DNA of 64,000 bases from the NCBI GenBank assembly GCA_012031215.1, contig JAAUUB010000001.1:34395-98394 (forward strand), given 5' to 3'. The position numbers were made by a program, and so were the translations under genes. The DNA is from Microscillaceae bacterium (lineage in GTDB: Bacteria > Bacteroidota > Bacteroidia > Cytophagales > Microscillaceae). Shown piece by piece: positions 41,398 to 51,767 of this stretch (within the stretch, counting starts at the first letter, position 1; each line of letters begins with the position of its first letter). The notes below the pieces were generated by a model. That model saw only the letters and a list, made by a program, of their open reading frames with translations. It was not told the DNA's origin and ran no database searches.

Positions 41398-42588
41398 ATG
41401 TCCCATAAACACGCTTCAAAAAAACCTTATAAAATTACAACCGTCGAGCAGGCAAAAAATGTTGCCTCTGGCTTTCTCAAAACAATACAACTTGACAAAG
41501 CCGTAGAGTTTGGCTTGCCAGAAATAGACGATCGTTATCACATTTGGCGTGTGCCATTAAAATCAAAAAACAGTGATAATATAGGAGAAATAGTTATTGA
41601 TGCCTACACAACACTTATTGTGGAAAGAAAAACAACCAAAGCGGAAGTATTGGAGGCCCGGCTTTTAGGAAGAAAATTGCAAGCCACTGGGATGAAGAAA
41701 GAATCCATCTTACCAAAAATATCCACTCTTCGAAACACCATTGGTCTGGGCGATGCGGAGTTACTTTTGCAAGAAATTCCCAATGAGTCTATTGACCTGG
41801 TTTTCACTTCACCGCCTTATTACAATGCGCGTCCCGAGTATGCCGAATATCTCAGTTATGACGAGTACTTACTTAAAATAAGGAAAATAATTCATCAGGC
41901 ACATCGGGTTTTGGGCGAAGGGCGCTTTTTTGTGATGAATGTATCTCCGGTGCTTATTCGAAGGGCCAACCGCAATGAGGCTTCAAAAAGAATTGCCGTT
42001 CCTTTTGATTTTCATAGAATTTTTGTGGAAGAAGGATTCGATTTCATAGATGACATACATTGGGTAAAGCCAGAAGGGGCAGGTTGGGCCACTGGTCGGG
42101 GAAGGCGTTTTGCCGCTGACCGCAATCCTTTGCAATACAAACCTGTTCCAGTTACAGAGTATATCTTAGTGTATCGAAAACAAAGCGATAAGCTTATCGA
42201 CTGGCATATTCGCAAACATCCTCAACCGGAAATAGTAGAGGCCTCTAAAATCAAAGATGGGTACGAAGTAACTAACCTTTGGAGGATTCATCCGGCTTTT
42301 CACAAAGAACATCCGGCCGTTTTCCCTCTTGAACTGGCCGAAAAAGTAATTTTGTATTATTCCTTCAAAGAAGATGTTGTTTTAGACCCTTTTGCAGGCA
42401 CTGGCACAACAGGAAAAGCCGCAGTTAAAAATGGGCGCAGGTTTGTACTTTTTGAGCAGGATGAATCTTTTATGAAGATTATTAAGGAGGATGTATTTCA
42501 ATGGCTACAAAAAGATGCCGAGAAAGTCAATTGGTTAAATACACCTCCTCCTACAAGTACTCAACAGTTTATAGGTTTTTCTGAGTGA
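41398..42588 (+). CDS. Type II DNA methyltransferase, beta-class (N6-adenine or N4-cytosine), with a 130-aa N-terminal extension
   Basis: Motif [11 protein letters not shown] precedes motif [14 protein letters not shown]. This is beta-group order. Confidence 0.85.
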   Translation: MSHKHASKKPYKITTVEQAKNVASGFLKTIQLDKAVEFGLPEIDDRYHIWRVPLKSKNSDNIGEIVIDAYTTLIVERKTTKAEVLEARLLGRKLQATGMKKESILPKISTLRNTIGLGDAELLLQEIPNESIDLVFTSPPYYNARPEYAEYLSYDEYLLKIRKIIHQAHRVLGEGRFFVMNVSPVLIRRANRNEASKRIAVPFDFHRIFVEEGFDFIDDIHWVKPEGAGWATGRGRRFAADRNPLQYKPVPVTEYILVYRKQSDKLIDWHIRKHPQPEIVEASKIKDGYEVTNLWRIHPAFHKEHPAVFPLELAEKVILYYSFKEDVVLDPFAGTGTTGKAAVKNGRRFVLFEQDESFMKIIKEDVFQWLQKDAEKVNWLNTPPPTSTQQFIGFSE

Positions 42589-42591
42589 GCG

Positions 42592-43680
42592 ATGAGCAAA
42601 CAGAAGCGATTATCAAAGCAAATTCCTGAAATAGGGCGAAAGCTTGCCAAGTTTTCTGGGCGAGAACTCCTCCAAAGAGTTGGCAAATCTGTCCTCAATC
42701 AAGTAGTAACTTCCATTCTTTGCGGGGGAAATGTGAGGGCTTTGACAGAAGGATTAACCCAACGCAGGGTTTTAATTTCTAATGCATCTCTTTTTATAAC
42801 CTATTTAAAAGGAATGAGCCTTTTCAAAAATTTTGAAGAAGAATGCAGTCAGATTATTTTGAATGAATTGAGTCAGGGTTCGCTAAGTGGGGAAGAAAAA
42901 ATTTATCTACAATGGCTTATTGGCCTGACAAGTAAAAACTTCCAGAATGTATTAAGGAGCAATCCAGAGGATTTGGAACGACATTTAGAAGAAATGAAGG
43001 ATGGCTTAAATGAAGTTCAACTAGCGATGCAGCAGGCGTTTGGTAGCTTAGAAGCCAGCATTCAGGTCGGAGCGGAAAGCTACATAATTCGCTGGCCTTC
43101 AATTTTGCAAATTTTTTATGCTATCGGAACTCAAACTTTGGCGATAAGGGGCAGTGAAAAATCTATGTATGGCAAACTGTTTGAAAAGCTTATTTTAGGG
43201 TCTTTGCTTACTATCTTGGGCTTTAAATTGATTGAGCCATCTCAAAGCGATAAAGCCAAGATGGTTTTTTGGCTTACACAAAGGGAAAATAAGAGAGAAA
43301 GCGATGCTACTATCCTATTAAAGCCTGGGGTGGGGGCAAGATTCGATATTGGGTTTATAGGGCCGGGAAATAGCGAAATTTCTCTGGACAAGGTATCCCG
43401 GTTTGAGAGAGAAATGAATTATGGCCGTCAATTACATTATATGTCCACAATCATCTTGGTGGATAAGATTGGAGAACAAAGTAGGATTGCAGCGTTGGCC
43501 GATGAAATTAATGGCACAATTATTCAAATGAGCATGACTTACTGGGTCAAAGAGGTCGCGGAGATACTCAATCAAAAAATGGCATTTCGACATCCTCTAA
43601 TCAAAATGAAACCTGATGAGAGCCTGGATTTTATCCGAGAAAAAATGCAAAGTGTTGATTTAAACCAGTTTATACAATAA
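42592..43680 (+). CDS. Hypothetical protein; candidate cognate restriction endonuclease
   Basis: Starts 4 nt after the MTase stop. Lower GC than its neighbours. No recognisable catalytic motif could be assigned by eye. Confidence 0.45.
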   Translation: MSKQKRLSKQIPEIGRKLAKFSGRELLQRVGKSVLNQVVTSILCGGNVRALTEGLTQRRVLISNASLFITYLKGMSLFKNFEEECSQIILNELSQGSLSGEEKIYLQWLIGLTSKNFQNVLRSNPEDLERHLEEMKDGLNEVQLAMQQAFGSLEASIQVGAESYIIRWPSILQIFYAIGTQTLAIRGSEKSMYGKLFEKLILGSLLTILGFKLIEPSQSDKAKMVFWLTQRENKRESDATILLKPGVGARFDIGFIGPGNSEISLDKVSRFEREMNYGRQLHYMSTIILVDKIGEQSRIAALADEINGTIIQMSMTYWVKEVAEILNQKMAFRHPLIKMKPDESLDFIREKMQSVDLNQFIQ

Positions 43681-43691
43681 AAATCAAGTTT

Positions 43692-44399
43692 TTGGAGCCT
43701 TTCTTCTTTCACCCCGACTTGTCTTCGCCCACCCTGGTCTTAGACCCAGAAGAGGCCCATCACGCCCTCAAAGTAAAGCGGAAAAAGGTGGGCGACTTGC
43801 TTTGGCTCACCGATGGGGCCGGGCATCTGGCCAAAGCCATCATTGCGCACATTTCCAAAGAGCGCTGCGAAGTACGTATTCTCGACCTTCAGGCGGCTTC
43901 CCGGCCAGTCTGGGGCATTCACCTGGCCATTGCCCCACCCAAGCACCCCAACCGCCTGGAATGGCTTGTGGAAAAACTGACCGAAATAGGGGTAGGACAA
44001 ATCACCTTTCTAAAAACCCACTATACCGAAAAATTGGGTCTGAAGTGGGAAAGGTTGGAAAAAATTGCCCAAAGTGCACTCAAACAATCTCGCCAGGTGT
44101 GGCAGCCAGCTTTAAAACCTATGGCTGAAATAGCGGCTTTTTTGGAAGAAATGGGCTCATTTAATGGGCAAAAGTGCATCGCCTATGCCGCCGCACAAAA
44201 TTCGCCCCTGGCGCAAATCCTCCAAAAGCAGCAAAGTGTTTGTATCTTGGTGGGGCCGGAGGGAGACTTCCATCCCCAAGAAATAGCAATGGCACAGGCG
44301 CAAGGCTTTCTGGGCGTGCGCCTGGCCGAGTCCATTTTACGCACCGAAACTGCGGGGCTGGTGGCTTGCCAAACCGTGCAAATTATCAATCAAATTTAA
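43692..44399 (+). CDS. rsmE: 16S rRNA (uracil1498-N3)-methyltransferase RsmE family
   Basis: N-terminal PUA-like region and a C-terminal SPOUT knot (ILVGPEGDFHPQEI…LGVRLAESILRTETA). Confidence 0.85.
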   Translation: MEPFFFHPDLSSPTLVLDPEEAHHALKVKRKKVGDLLWLTDGAGHLAKAIIAHISKERCEVRILDLQAASRPVWGIHLAIAPPKHPNRLEWLVEKLTEIGVGQITFLKTHYTEKLGLKWERLEKIAQSALKQSRQVWQPALKPMAEIAAFLEEMGSFNGQKCIAYAAAQNSPLAQILQKQQSVCILVGPEGDFHPQEIAMAQAQGFLGVRLAESILRTETAGLVACQTVQIINQI

Positions 44400-44403
44400 A
44401 AAA

Positions 44404-45075
44404 ATGAACCATGAAAAAATTGTGTGGATAGTCTGGCTGCTTTGCTTTACCCTTGCTCCGGGTCTCAGGGCCCAAAAAGCTACCTTGCGCCTTGGCAAGC
44501 TCAAGTATAATGGCGGCGGCGACTGGTACGCCAACAAGACCTCCCTCCCCAATCTTATTCAATTTTGTAACCGCAACCTGGGGCTAAACCTGGCCCCCGA
44601 GGCAGAGATTGTGGAGGTAGGAAGCCCGGATATTTTTGCCTATCCTTTTATTCACATGACCGGGCACGGCAATGTAGTCTTCAGCGAGGCCGAAGCCGAA
44701 AACCTGCGCCGCTACCTGATTTCGGGCGGATTTTTACACATTGACGATAACTACGGCCTGGATAAGTTTATTCGCCCGGAGATGAAAAAGGTTTTTCCAG
44801 AGTTGGAATGGGTAGAATTGCCTTTCTCGCATCCCATTTATCATCAGAAGTTTGACTTTCCCAATGGCTTACCCAAGATTCACGAGCACGACGGCAAGCC
44901 CCCCCAAGGTTTTGGAATTGTGTATGAAGGACGTTTGGTCTGTTTTTACAGCTATGAATGCGACCTGGGCAATGGCTGGGAAGACCCCTCCGTACACGGC
45001 GACCCGGAGCCTGTTCGCCAAAAAGCCCTGCAAATGGGGGCCAATATCCTTAGTTATGCTTTCACGAGCTATTAA
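44404..45075 (+). CDS. DUF4159-domain secreted protein
   Basis: Signal peptide. Conserved LKYNGGGDWYAN…HMTGHGNV…GGFLHIDDNYG pattern. Confidence 0.6.
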   Translation: MNHEKIVWIVWLLCFTLAPGLRAQKATLRLGKLKYNGGGDWYANKTSLPNLIQFCNRNLGLNLAPEAEIVEVGSPDIFAYPFIHMTGHGNVVFSEAEAENLRRYLISGGFLHIDDNYGLDKFIRPEMKKVFPELEWVELPFSHPIYHQKFDFPNGLPKIHEHDGKPPQGFGIVYEGRLVCFYSYECDLGNGWEDPSVHGDPEPVRQKALQMGANILSYAFTSY

Positions 45076-45080
45076 ACAAA

Positions 45081-45105
45081 AAACCGGCCCAGGCCGGTTT
45101 TTTTG
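45081..45105. terminator. Bidirectional rho-independent terminator
   Basis: A6-AACCGGCC-CA-GGCCGGTT-T7, between convergent genes. Confidence 0.7.
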
Positions 45106-45107
45106 AT

Positions 45108-45992
45108 TTATTTATATTCCCCTTGCCAAAGGTTGCCTCTCAGGGCGGTATTTTTCATCTTTAGCTTGTTCTGGCTGGTGCTGAGGTAGTTGGCCGCATT
45201 GTATTTGATGGTGCAGTTGTTCAGGCTCGCATTGGTATTGTTGAGCAATTGAAAAAGGGCATAGGCCGAATAATCTTCCAGACCGGTCCGGTTTCCCTCC
45301 ACGACACAGTTTTCAAAAACTACTGAAGGGCAATTGTCCAGGACAATCAGGTCAAATTCCTGGTTATCGTGAAAACGGCAATTTTCAAAACGAAGATTAT
45401 TGCTGCTCACCATTGTCATAATCCCATACGTACAGCCCCGGATGGCGGTGTTTCGGCAGGTAAGATTTTCCACATTGCTGGCATTCAGGCCCTCAATGCC
45501 ACTTCCATACAGGTCGCAGTTGGTAATCGTAATGTTCTGGCAGTTCTCAAACTTAAACACCCCACCAACACAGCCCCCTTTGGAGGCTCCGTGGCCAGCT
45601 TCCAGCATGTCGAGGGTGATATTCTGGCAATCTCGAAAAACAATCACGTGCCCATAGTCTGGCTGGGTAATCAGTTCGGCCCGCTTTTGGGCATCTGCGC
45701 TTTTGAGGGTGAGGTTGCGCACGCCCGTTAGCACCAGTTCGCGGCCATCATACACTTCCTCGTAGCTCACCGCGCCTTCGTACATTTCCTCAGTCGATAC
45801 ATCAAAGGTTTCGCCTGCCGATAATACCAGCACCCGGTCCGAAGCCAGGTTCCGCACCAATTCCTCAGTGGTTTTTACATTGATGGTTTTGACTTGAGCC
45901 TCGACAGGACAAACTAGCCCTCCCAAATAAATCATAACAAGGAAAATTCTTTTCATGTGGTCGGTATAGTTTGGTTTAAACTCGAGGTCCAA
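45108..45992 (-). CDS. Secreted right-handed parallel beta-helix repeat protein
   Basis: Signal peptide. Repeated (N/D)CxNITI(T/D)NC…G turns typical of pectate-lyase/NosD-like beta-helices. Confidence 0.7.
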   Translation of the reverse strand: MDLEFKPNYTDHMKRIFLVMIYLGGLVCPVEAQVKTINVKTTEELVRNLASDRVLVLSAGETFDVSTEEMYEGAVSYEEVYDGRELVLTGVRNLTLKSADAQKRAELITQPDYGHVIVFRDCQNITLDMLEAGHGASKGGCVGGVFKFENCQNITITNCDLYGSGIEGLNASNVENLTCRNTAIRGCTYGIMTMVSSNNLRFENCRFHDNQEFDLIVLDNCPSVVFENCVVEGNRTGLEDYSAYALFQLLNNTNASLNNCTIKYNAANYLSTSQNKLKMKNTALRGNLWQGEYK

Positions 45993-46053
45993 TTACGATA
46001 TTTTTTTTGGGAATTTTGGCCCTTGTATAGCCACTAAAAATAAATTTTGGCAA

Positions 46054-46467
46054 TCAGTTTTCTTCCACCCTGTCCAAAACCATCCAACGCCGTGTTTGAG
46101 AAGGCATAAAGCCATATTTGCGATAGAGGTTGGGGGCATCATTGGCTACCATCCAGTTTGAAAAGCCCTGTAAATCTGGATGATTGATAATGTACTCAAT
46201 GAGTAGATTGGCCAGGCCCCGGTGGCGGTGGGCTTCTTCAATGTATAAATCTGCGATATAGCCAAAGGTGGCGTAGTCTGTAATTACACGGGCAAAGCCT
46301 ACTTGTTGGTTTTGGTAGTAAATGCCAAAACAGGCCGAATGTTCAAGGGCTTTTTCAAATTGTGTCCGGGTAAGGGCAGGATTCCATTCAGATTGGAGCA
46401 ATACTTCGTAAATCCATTCTTTTTGAAGCAAAGAGGCTTCATTAGAAATTTTGTAACTACTTTTCAT
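46054..46467 (-). CDS. GNAT-family N-acetyltransferase
   Basis: 137 aa with the acetyl-CoA-binding motif (…HRHRGLANLLIEYI…). Confidence 0.8.
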   Translation of the reverse strand: MKSSYKISNEASLLQKEWIYEVLLQSEWNPALTRTQFEKALEHSACFGIYYQNQQVGFARVITDYATFGYIADLYIEEAHRHRGLANLLIEYIINHPDLQGFSNWMVANDAPNLYRKYGFMPSQTRRWMVLDRVEEN

Positions 46468-46814
46468 GCTTTAAATGTAAGGTATGCCTGGGTTTTTTAA
46501 AAATAATCGACAAAGATTTTGCAAAAAAATAAAGCTAAAAAAATGGCTTTTCTCCTGATATTTCTAAATCAGTTTTGGACTTTGGGAGAGAAAAGAGGAA
46601 TATGGGATAAGGTCGGGATAGGAAATTACCCCGGAGGCTACCCAGGCCACAAATTATTTTTCTTGAAAAAATGATGTTTTGACTTACTAAGCCACTTTTT
46701 GACCTGCTTAACACGTTAATTCCCTGGTTTGGGTCCAAGCTTTCAAAATCTGACATAATTTTTGTCTTAAACGTACGTAATTTTTTTAGTCAAAATACAT
46801 TTCAACAAAAAAAC

Positions 46815-48849
46815 ATGAACCGCTTTGCTTGGCACCAATTTTTGATTTGGTTCCATTTTCTCTTAAACCCCTTCCAGCCACAATTTGGGAATGCCCAGTG
46901 TATCCCAACCGGATTAAGCGAAACTGTTACGACATCAGGTACTGTACTTAATAGTTATTATCCCGGTGGAGCAAATGTAGATGCTGGCCAAAATATGATT
47001 ACCGTGGGCGCACGGCGGGGAAATTTTGATATAGCTGAGGGCGATTTGCTACTCATCATCCAGATGCAGGGCATAGAAATCAATACCACACTTCCCGATA
47101 ACATCATCAATGGTGATTATGCCGACGGTCCGGGCCTCTTGGACCGCCAGGGCCACCTCAATACGGCCAATAACCGTGCGGGGCAATACGAGTATGCCGT
47201 AGCCAATGGGCCTGTTTCCTCTGGAAGCCTGCCTTTGAAAGCCAATCTTCTCAACAGCTATCGCCATTCGCTTACGCCTTCGGGAAATTTGGGTGCCCAA
47301 ACCTTTCAGGTGGTTCGGGTAGCCAACTATCTCAATCTGACGATTAATAATGGGGCTAGTGTAAGTGCCCTTCCCTGGAATGGCCGAACCGGGGGCATCG
47401 TGGCCATTGATGTAGCCGGGAATCTTACTATTGGAGGGTTTATTGATGTCAGTAATCAGGGCTTCCGGGGTGGTGGGCGGCGAGCCAGTGAAGTGGTCAA
47501 TAATTTGCCTGGGCATCGTGGCGAGGGAATTGCCGGAACCCCCCGCTTGGTTTATGACGGGCTTGCTATTGCGGATTTAGGCACCTTTACCTATCCGGGA
47601 ACCGTCTCGGGCGATTTTGCCCCCGACCGTGGGATAGGGCCCCCGGCAATGCGGGTGGTTCCAGTGTGCTGGATGGCGGCGGCGGCGGCGGAAGTAATGG
47701 CGCCAATGGCGGTAATGGCAGCCTGGATGATGCGATTAATACGGGCAACAATTCCAAAGGAGCCATTGCCTTGAATATTTTGGGCGGAAATCGGCTCTTT
47801 ATGGGCGGCGGCGGCGGAAGTGGAGGCAGAGACGATGACCCCGGCGATAATGATAATGCCAGTAGTGGGCAGCCCGGCGGTGGTATTATCCTGATTAGAG
47901 CAACCACGCTGACAATTCCCGGAACGGGGGTGCGAGCTTTGCGGGCCAATGGCCGCAACGGCGGAACACAGTCTTCGGAAGGCGCGGGCGGCGGGGGTGC
48001 GGGCGGCACAATATTGGTCTATACTGAAAGCGATAATTTATTTGGCCTTAGTATAGAAGCCAGAGGAGGGAATGGCGGGAGTACTACATTGTCGCAAGAC
48101 GGGGGCGGCGGCGGCGGCGGCGGCGGTTTTGCCTTGCTCACTCGTATTGGCGGCGGTTCATTCTTTGGATTACCCAATATTAATGTTTCTGGAGGGCCCC
48201 CGGAACCAGTGGCCCCAATACAACCGCCGCAACCGGCGGCACAGGTGGTTTTTCCACGGGTACTTTGCCTGGCAATGCCTTTACTTGTGATTTGTCTATC
48301 TTGCCCGTTACGCTTACCTTTTTTGAAGCCTATGCCCAGGCCAACCAAACCGTCCGGCTGGTATGGGAAACCATTCTTGAAGTAGATAATGCCTATTATG
48401 TGCTGGCCCGGGCAGGTCAAGACCTTCACTTTGAGACCATTGCCCAGATAGAAGGGGCCGGGCAAAGCCAGATTCCCCTGCTTTATCAATGGATTGATAC
48501 GGAACCATTTTCTGGCATCAATTATTATCGCCTCCAGGCCATTGATATCTATGGTGAGGTAAGTGATACCTTTATCACCTCGGTAGTGATGGAGACTGAT
48601 AGCCCTTATCATCTTTATCCCAATCCAACACCCGATTGGCTCTATATGAAATGGCAATTAGGGGCATCACCCGTTTCAGTATCCATACACAACATATCGG
48701 GCCAGGAATGGATACTATCCCCCCGCCAACAATTAGAACCTAATAAGACTTACGCCTGGAATTTAAAATTTTTACCGCCCGGACTCTATATCCTCCAAAT
48801 TAAAACTGAGCAAAGGCGCTACGTGGAGAAAATAATTTTGCAGCCCTGA
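46815..48849 (+). CDS. Secreted Gly-rich repeat protein with a T9SS type-A C-terminal domain. Two homopolymer frameshifts (near 47640-47665 and near 48195-48205).
   Basis: Signal peptide. Central GGxGGxG repeats encoded by (GGC)n tracts. C-terminal HLYPNPTPDWLYMKW…LYILQIKTEQRRYVEKIILQP sorting domain. Confidence 0.6.
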
Positions 48850-49148
48850 TGCCGGCATTTGAAAGGCAGACATAGCGACCTGCAAAAGGGCAAATCCCTC
48901 TAAGCCCGGGTGAATGCCCGCCATGTCTTTTCATAGGAATGATGCAGAAGAAAGGGTTGAAATTACCGAATTGAGAACCAAAAAGGGTAGGCAAATTGCC
49001 TGGGAAACAGGTAATTCCTAAAATATCCTAAGGAGAATTTGAAATTCTTATTTATTTTTGATGTTCAGACATAGACCAAATCTCCAAGTTTAAAAACCCT
49101 CTAATATGCTCATAATCAGTTCGTTCAGTGCGATAACTTTTTTTTAAT

Positions 49149-50933
49149 TTGCTACAATTAGGCCTTTTCGCCCAACCTACCGAGCGATGGCAACAAAAGG
49201 TTGAATATATTATGGACATAGATTTTGATGTCAAAACGCATCGTTTTCTGGGCCAGCAAACGCTGACGTATTACAACAATTCACCCGACACACTTCTACA
49301 AGTGTTTTATCATTTGTATTTCAATGCCTTTCAGCCCGGCAGCATGATGGATGTTCGTTCGCGCACCATTGCTGACCCCGACCCCCGGGTAGGCAATCGC
49401 ATCGCCAGCCTTTCACCCGAAGAAATTGGCTTTCAAAAAGTCAAAAGTCTTACCCAGGATGGGCAGGAGGTCGTTTTCGAAACAGTAGGCACCATTTTAG
49501 AAGTAAAGCTGGCCCAGCCCCTGCTCCCGGGCCAAAAGACGGTACTTGCTATGCAATTTGAAGGCCAGGTACCTGTACAAATCCGCCGCTCGGGGCGAAA
49601 CAGTGCCGAAGGCATCGCCTATTCTATGACCCAATGGTATCCTAAGCTCTGTGAGTATGACTACCAGGGCTGGCACGCCAATCCTTACATAGCCCGCGAA
49701 TTTCACGGGGTTTGGGGTGATTTTGAGGTGAAAATTCAGATAGACCCCAACTATATAGTAGCTGGTACAGGTTATTTACAAAACCCCAATGAGGTAGGCT
49801 ATGGCTATGAAAGCCCAGGCACTACCGTCAAAAAGAACAAAAAAAGTAAGCTGACTTGGCACTTCAAAGCCCCCCAGGTACACGATTTTGCCTGGGCCGC
49901 CGACCCGGATTATGTCCACGACATTGTGTCTGTGCCAGATGGGCCTACCCTGCATTTTTTCTACCAAAACAACCCAGACTATGTCAAAAATTGGAAAGAT
50001 TGCCAGCCCACTATTGTCCGGGCTTTCCAATTTATGAATCAGCGGTTTGGAAAATATCCCTATGCTTCCTACGCTGTGATTCAGGGCGGCGACGGCGGTA
50101 TGGAATACCCCATGTGCACCCTCGTAACGGGCAATCGCTCTACCAACAGCCTCATTGGGGTCGTTGTACATGAACTGATTCACAGTTGGTATCAGGGAGT
50201 ATTGGCTACTAATGAAAGCCTTTATGCCTGGATGGACGAAGGATTTAACAGTTATGCCGGAAATTTATTTAACGGCGGTGATTTTCCGCACGAAGGCAGT
50301 TATAATTATTATTTCAATATTGTAAAAAGGAAAATTGAAGAGCCACTTAGTACCCACGCCGACCATTTTGAATACAATTCCGCGTATGGCATGGCCGCCT
50401 ATGCCAAAGGTTGTGTTTTCTTGGCGCAGTTGGGTTATGTCATTGGGGAAGAGGCCCTAGCGCGGACGATGAAACGCTATTATGATACCTGGAAATTTCG
50501 CCACCCCAATGACAATGATTTCATCCGTATTGCCGAAAAAGAATCCGGGCTGGAGCTGGACTGGTACAAGGAATACTTTGTTTACACGACGCATACCGTA
50601 GACTATGCGCTGGAGAAAATCGAAGAAGTGGATGGTAAAACCCAAATCACGCTCAAACGCCTGGGTCGTATGCCTATGCCCATTGAGCTGCTCCTTACAC
50701 CCAAAGAGGGCCCCACCACACTTTATTACATCCCGCTGGAAATGATGCGCGGCCAAAAGCCAAAAGAGGATGCCAACACTGCCCGTGAGGTATTGGCTGA
50801 CTGGCCCTGGACCCACCCTACCTACACCTTTCAGGTATCGATACCGCTTTCAAAAATAAAAAAAGTGGAGATAGACCCTTCTCTGCGTATGGCAGATACC
50901 GACCGAAAAAACAATGAAGCTGTGCCAAAATAG
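49149..50933 (+). CDS. M1-family zinc metallopeptidase (aminopeptidase N-like). The true start is probably at ATG 49106, with a T-run frameshift.
   Basis: HELIHSWYQG…WMDEGFNSY (HExxH + E) zinc-binding signature. Upstream, MLIISSFSAITFF in another frame gives a signal-peptide-like start. Confidence 0.8.
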   Translation: MLQLGLFAQPTERWQQKVEYIMDIDFDVKTHRFLGQQTLTYYNNSPDTLLQVFYHLYFNAFQPGSMMDVRSRTIADPDPRVGNRIASLSPEEIGFQKVKSLTQDGQEVVFETVGTILEVKLAQPLLPGQKTVLAMQFEGQVPVQIRRSGRNSAEGIAYSMTQWYPKLCEYDYQGWHANPYIAREFHGVWGDFEVKIQIDPNYIVAGTGYLQNPNEVGYGYESPGTTVKKNKKSKLTWHFKAPQVHDFAWAADPDYVHDIVSVPDGPTLHFFYQNNPDYVKNWKDCQPTIVRAFQFMNQRFGKYPYASYAVIQGGDGGMEYPMCTLVTGNRSTNSLIGVVVHELIHSWYQGVLATNESLYAWMDEGFNSYAGNLFNGGDFPHEGSYNYYFNIVKRKIEEPLSTHADHFEYNSAYGMAAYAKGCVFLAQLGYVIGEEALARTMKRYYDTWKFRHPNDNDFIRIAEKESGLELDWYKEYFVYTTHTVDYALEKIEEVDGKTQITLKRLGRMPMPIELLLTPKEGPTTLYYIPLEMMRGQKPKEDANTAREVLADWPWTHPTYTFQVSIPLSKIKKVEIDPSLRMADTDRKNNEAVPK

Positions 50934-51071
50934 CCGCTACTGGAGGGCCTTTACCCAAAATTTTCCGAATGGCTTCTGGCTTCTTTCTCCCCCAACCGGC
51001 CTTTCTTTTTGAAGCCTGAACCGAAGTATTCTCCTCCTGGTTTTGGCTTCGCATAAGTTTGTCCTTGAGGA

Positions 51072-51572
51072 GTGAAATTCTTGAAAATAACCTGGCGGAT
51101 GCAAAAAATAGAAGACAAATTGGCGCAAAAAAAATTTCAGAACGAATGGCATAAACTTCGGGTCAATTTGCTGCATACAGCCAGTTGGCTCAAAAATGAA
51201 GTGGCCGATTTTTTGGCCCCTTATGGCATCACCCAGCCCCAGTTTAATATTTTGCGCATTGTGCGAGGGCATCACCCTGAACCCTTGAGCACGCTCCAGA
51301 TTCGGGAGCGGATGATTGACCGCATGTCAGATACTTCCAGAATGGTGGAGAGGCTTGTAAAAAAGTCTCTTTTGCGCAAAGAACCTTGCACCCACGACAA
51401 ACGCCTGGTCAATATCTACATTACTGAGGCAGGCTTGAGCTTGCTTTTCCTTATCGACCAGAAAATGCCCCAGCTAGATGCCGTAACCCAGGGCCTGGAT
51501 GAAGCCGAAGCCCAATTGCTCAATGCCCTTTTGGATAAACTGCGAGTAGAAGGGGAAGTCCCTTTTGGTTAA
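51072..51572 (+). CDS. MarR-family transcriptional regulator
   Basis: Winged-HTH pattern (…ITQPQFNILRIVRG…LSTLQIRERMIDRMSDTSRMVERLVKKSLLRKE…DKRLV…). Confidence 0.8.
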   Translation: MKFLKITWRMQKIEDKLAQKKFQNEWHKLRVNLLHTASWLKNEVADFLAPYGITQPQFNILRIVRGHHPEPLSTLQIRERMIDRMSDTSRMVERLVKKSLLRKEPCTHDKRLVNIYITEAGLSLLFLIDQKMPQLDAVTQGLDEAEAQLLNALLDKLRVEGEVPFG

Positions 51573-51767
51573 TTTTTTTGAAAATAATTTCGTTAAATTT
51601 TTTTGTTTCGTAAAAATAGACCAATTTTGTAGTCCATAGCTGGTTGAAGGATATTGGAGGTTAAGTGGACAGCCCCGTTCACACCTCCAATTATCTTTTT
51701 TAGGCCTTCCCAAAAGATTTTCCCATTAAAAGTAAACCCCGGCCCTTTCCTATTGGTTTTTGAGGGC

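Noticed and set aside
48019-48657. 212-aa minus-strand ORF antisense to the Gly-rich T9SS gene
   Set aside because: It lies wholly inside a stronger plus-strand coding region. GC-rich triplet repeats produce long stop-free antisense frames. Its sequence is low-complexity (PPPPPPP) with no signal of its own.
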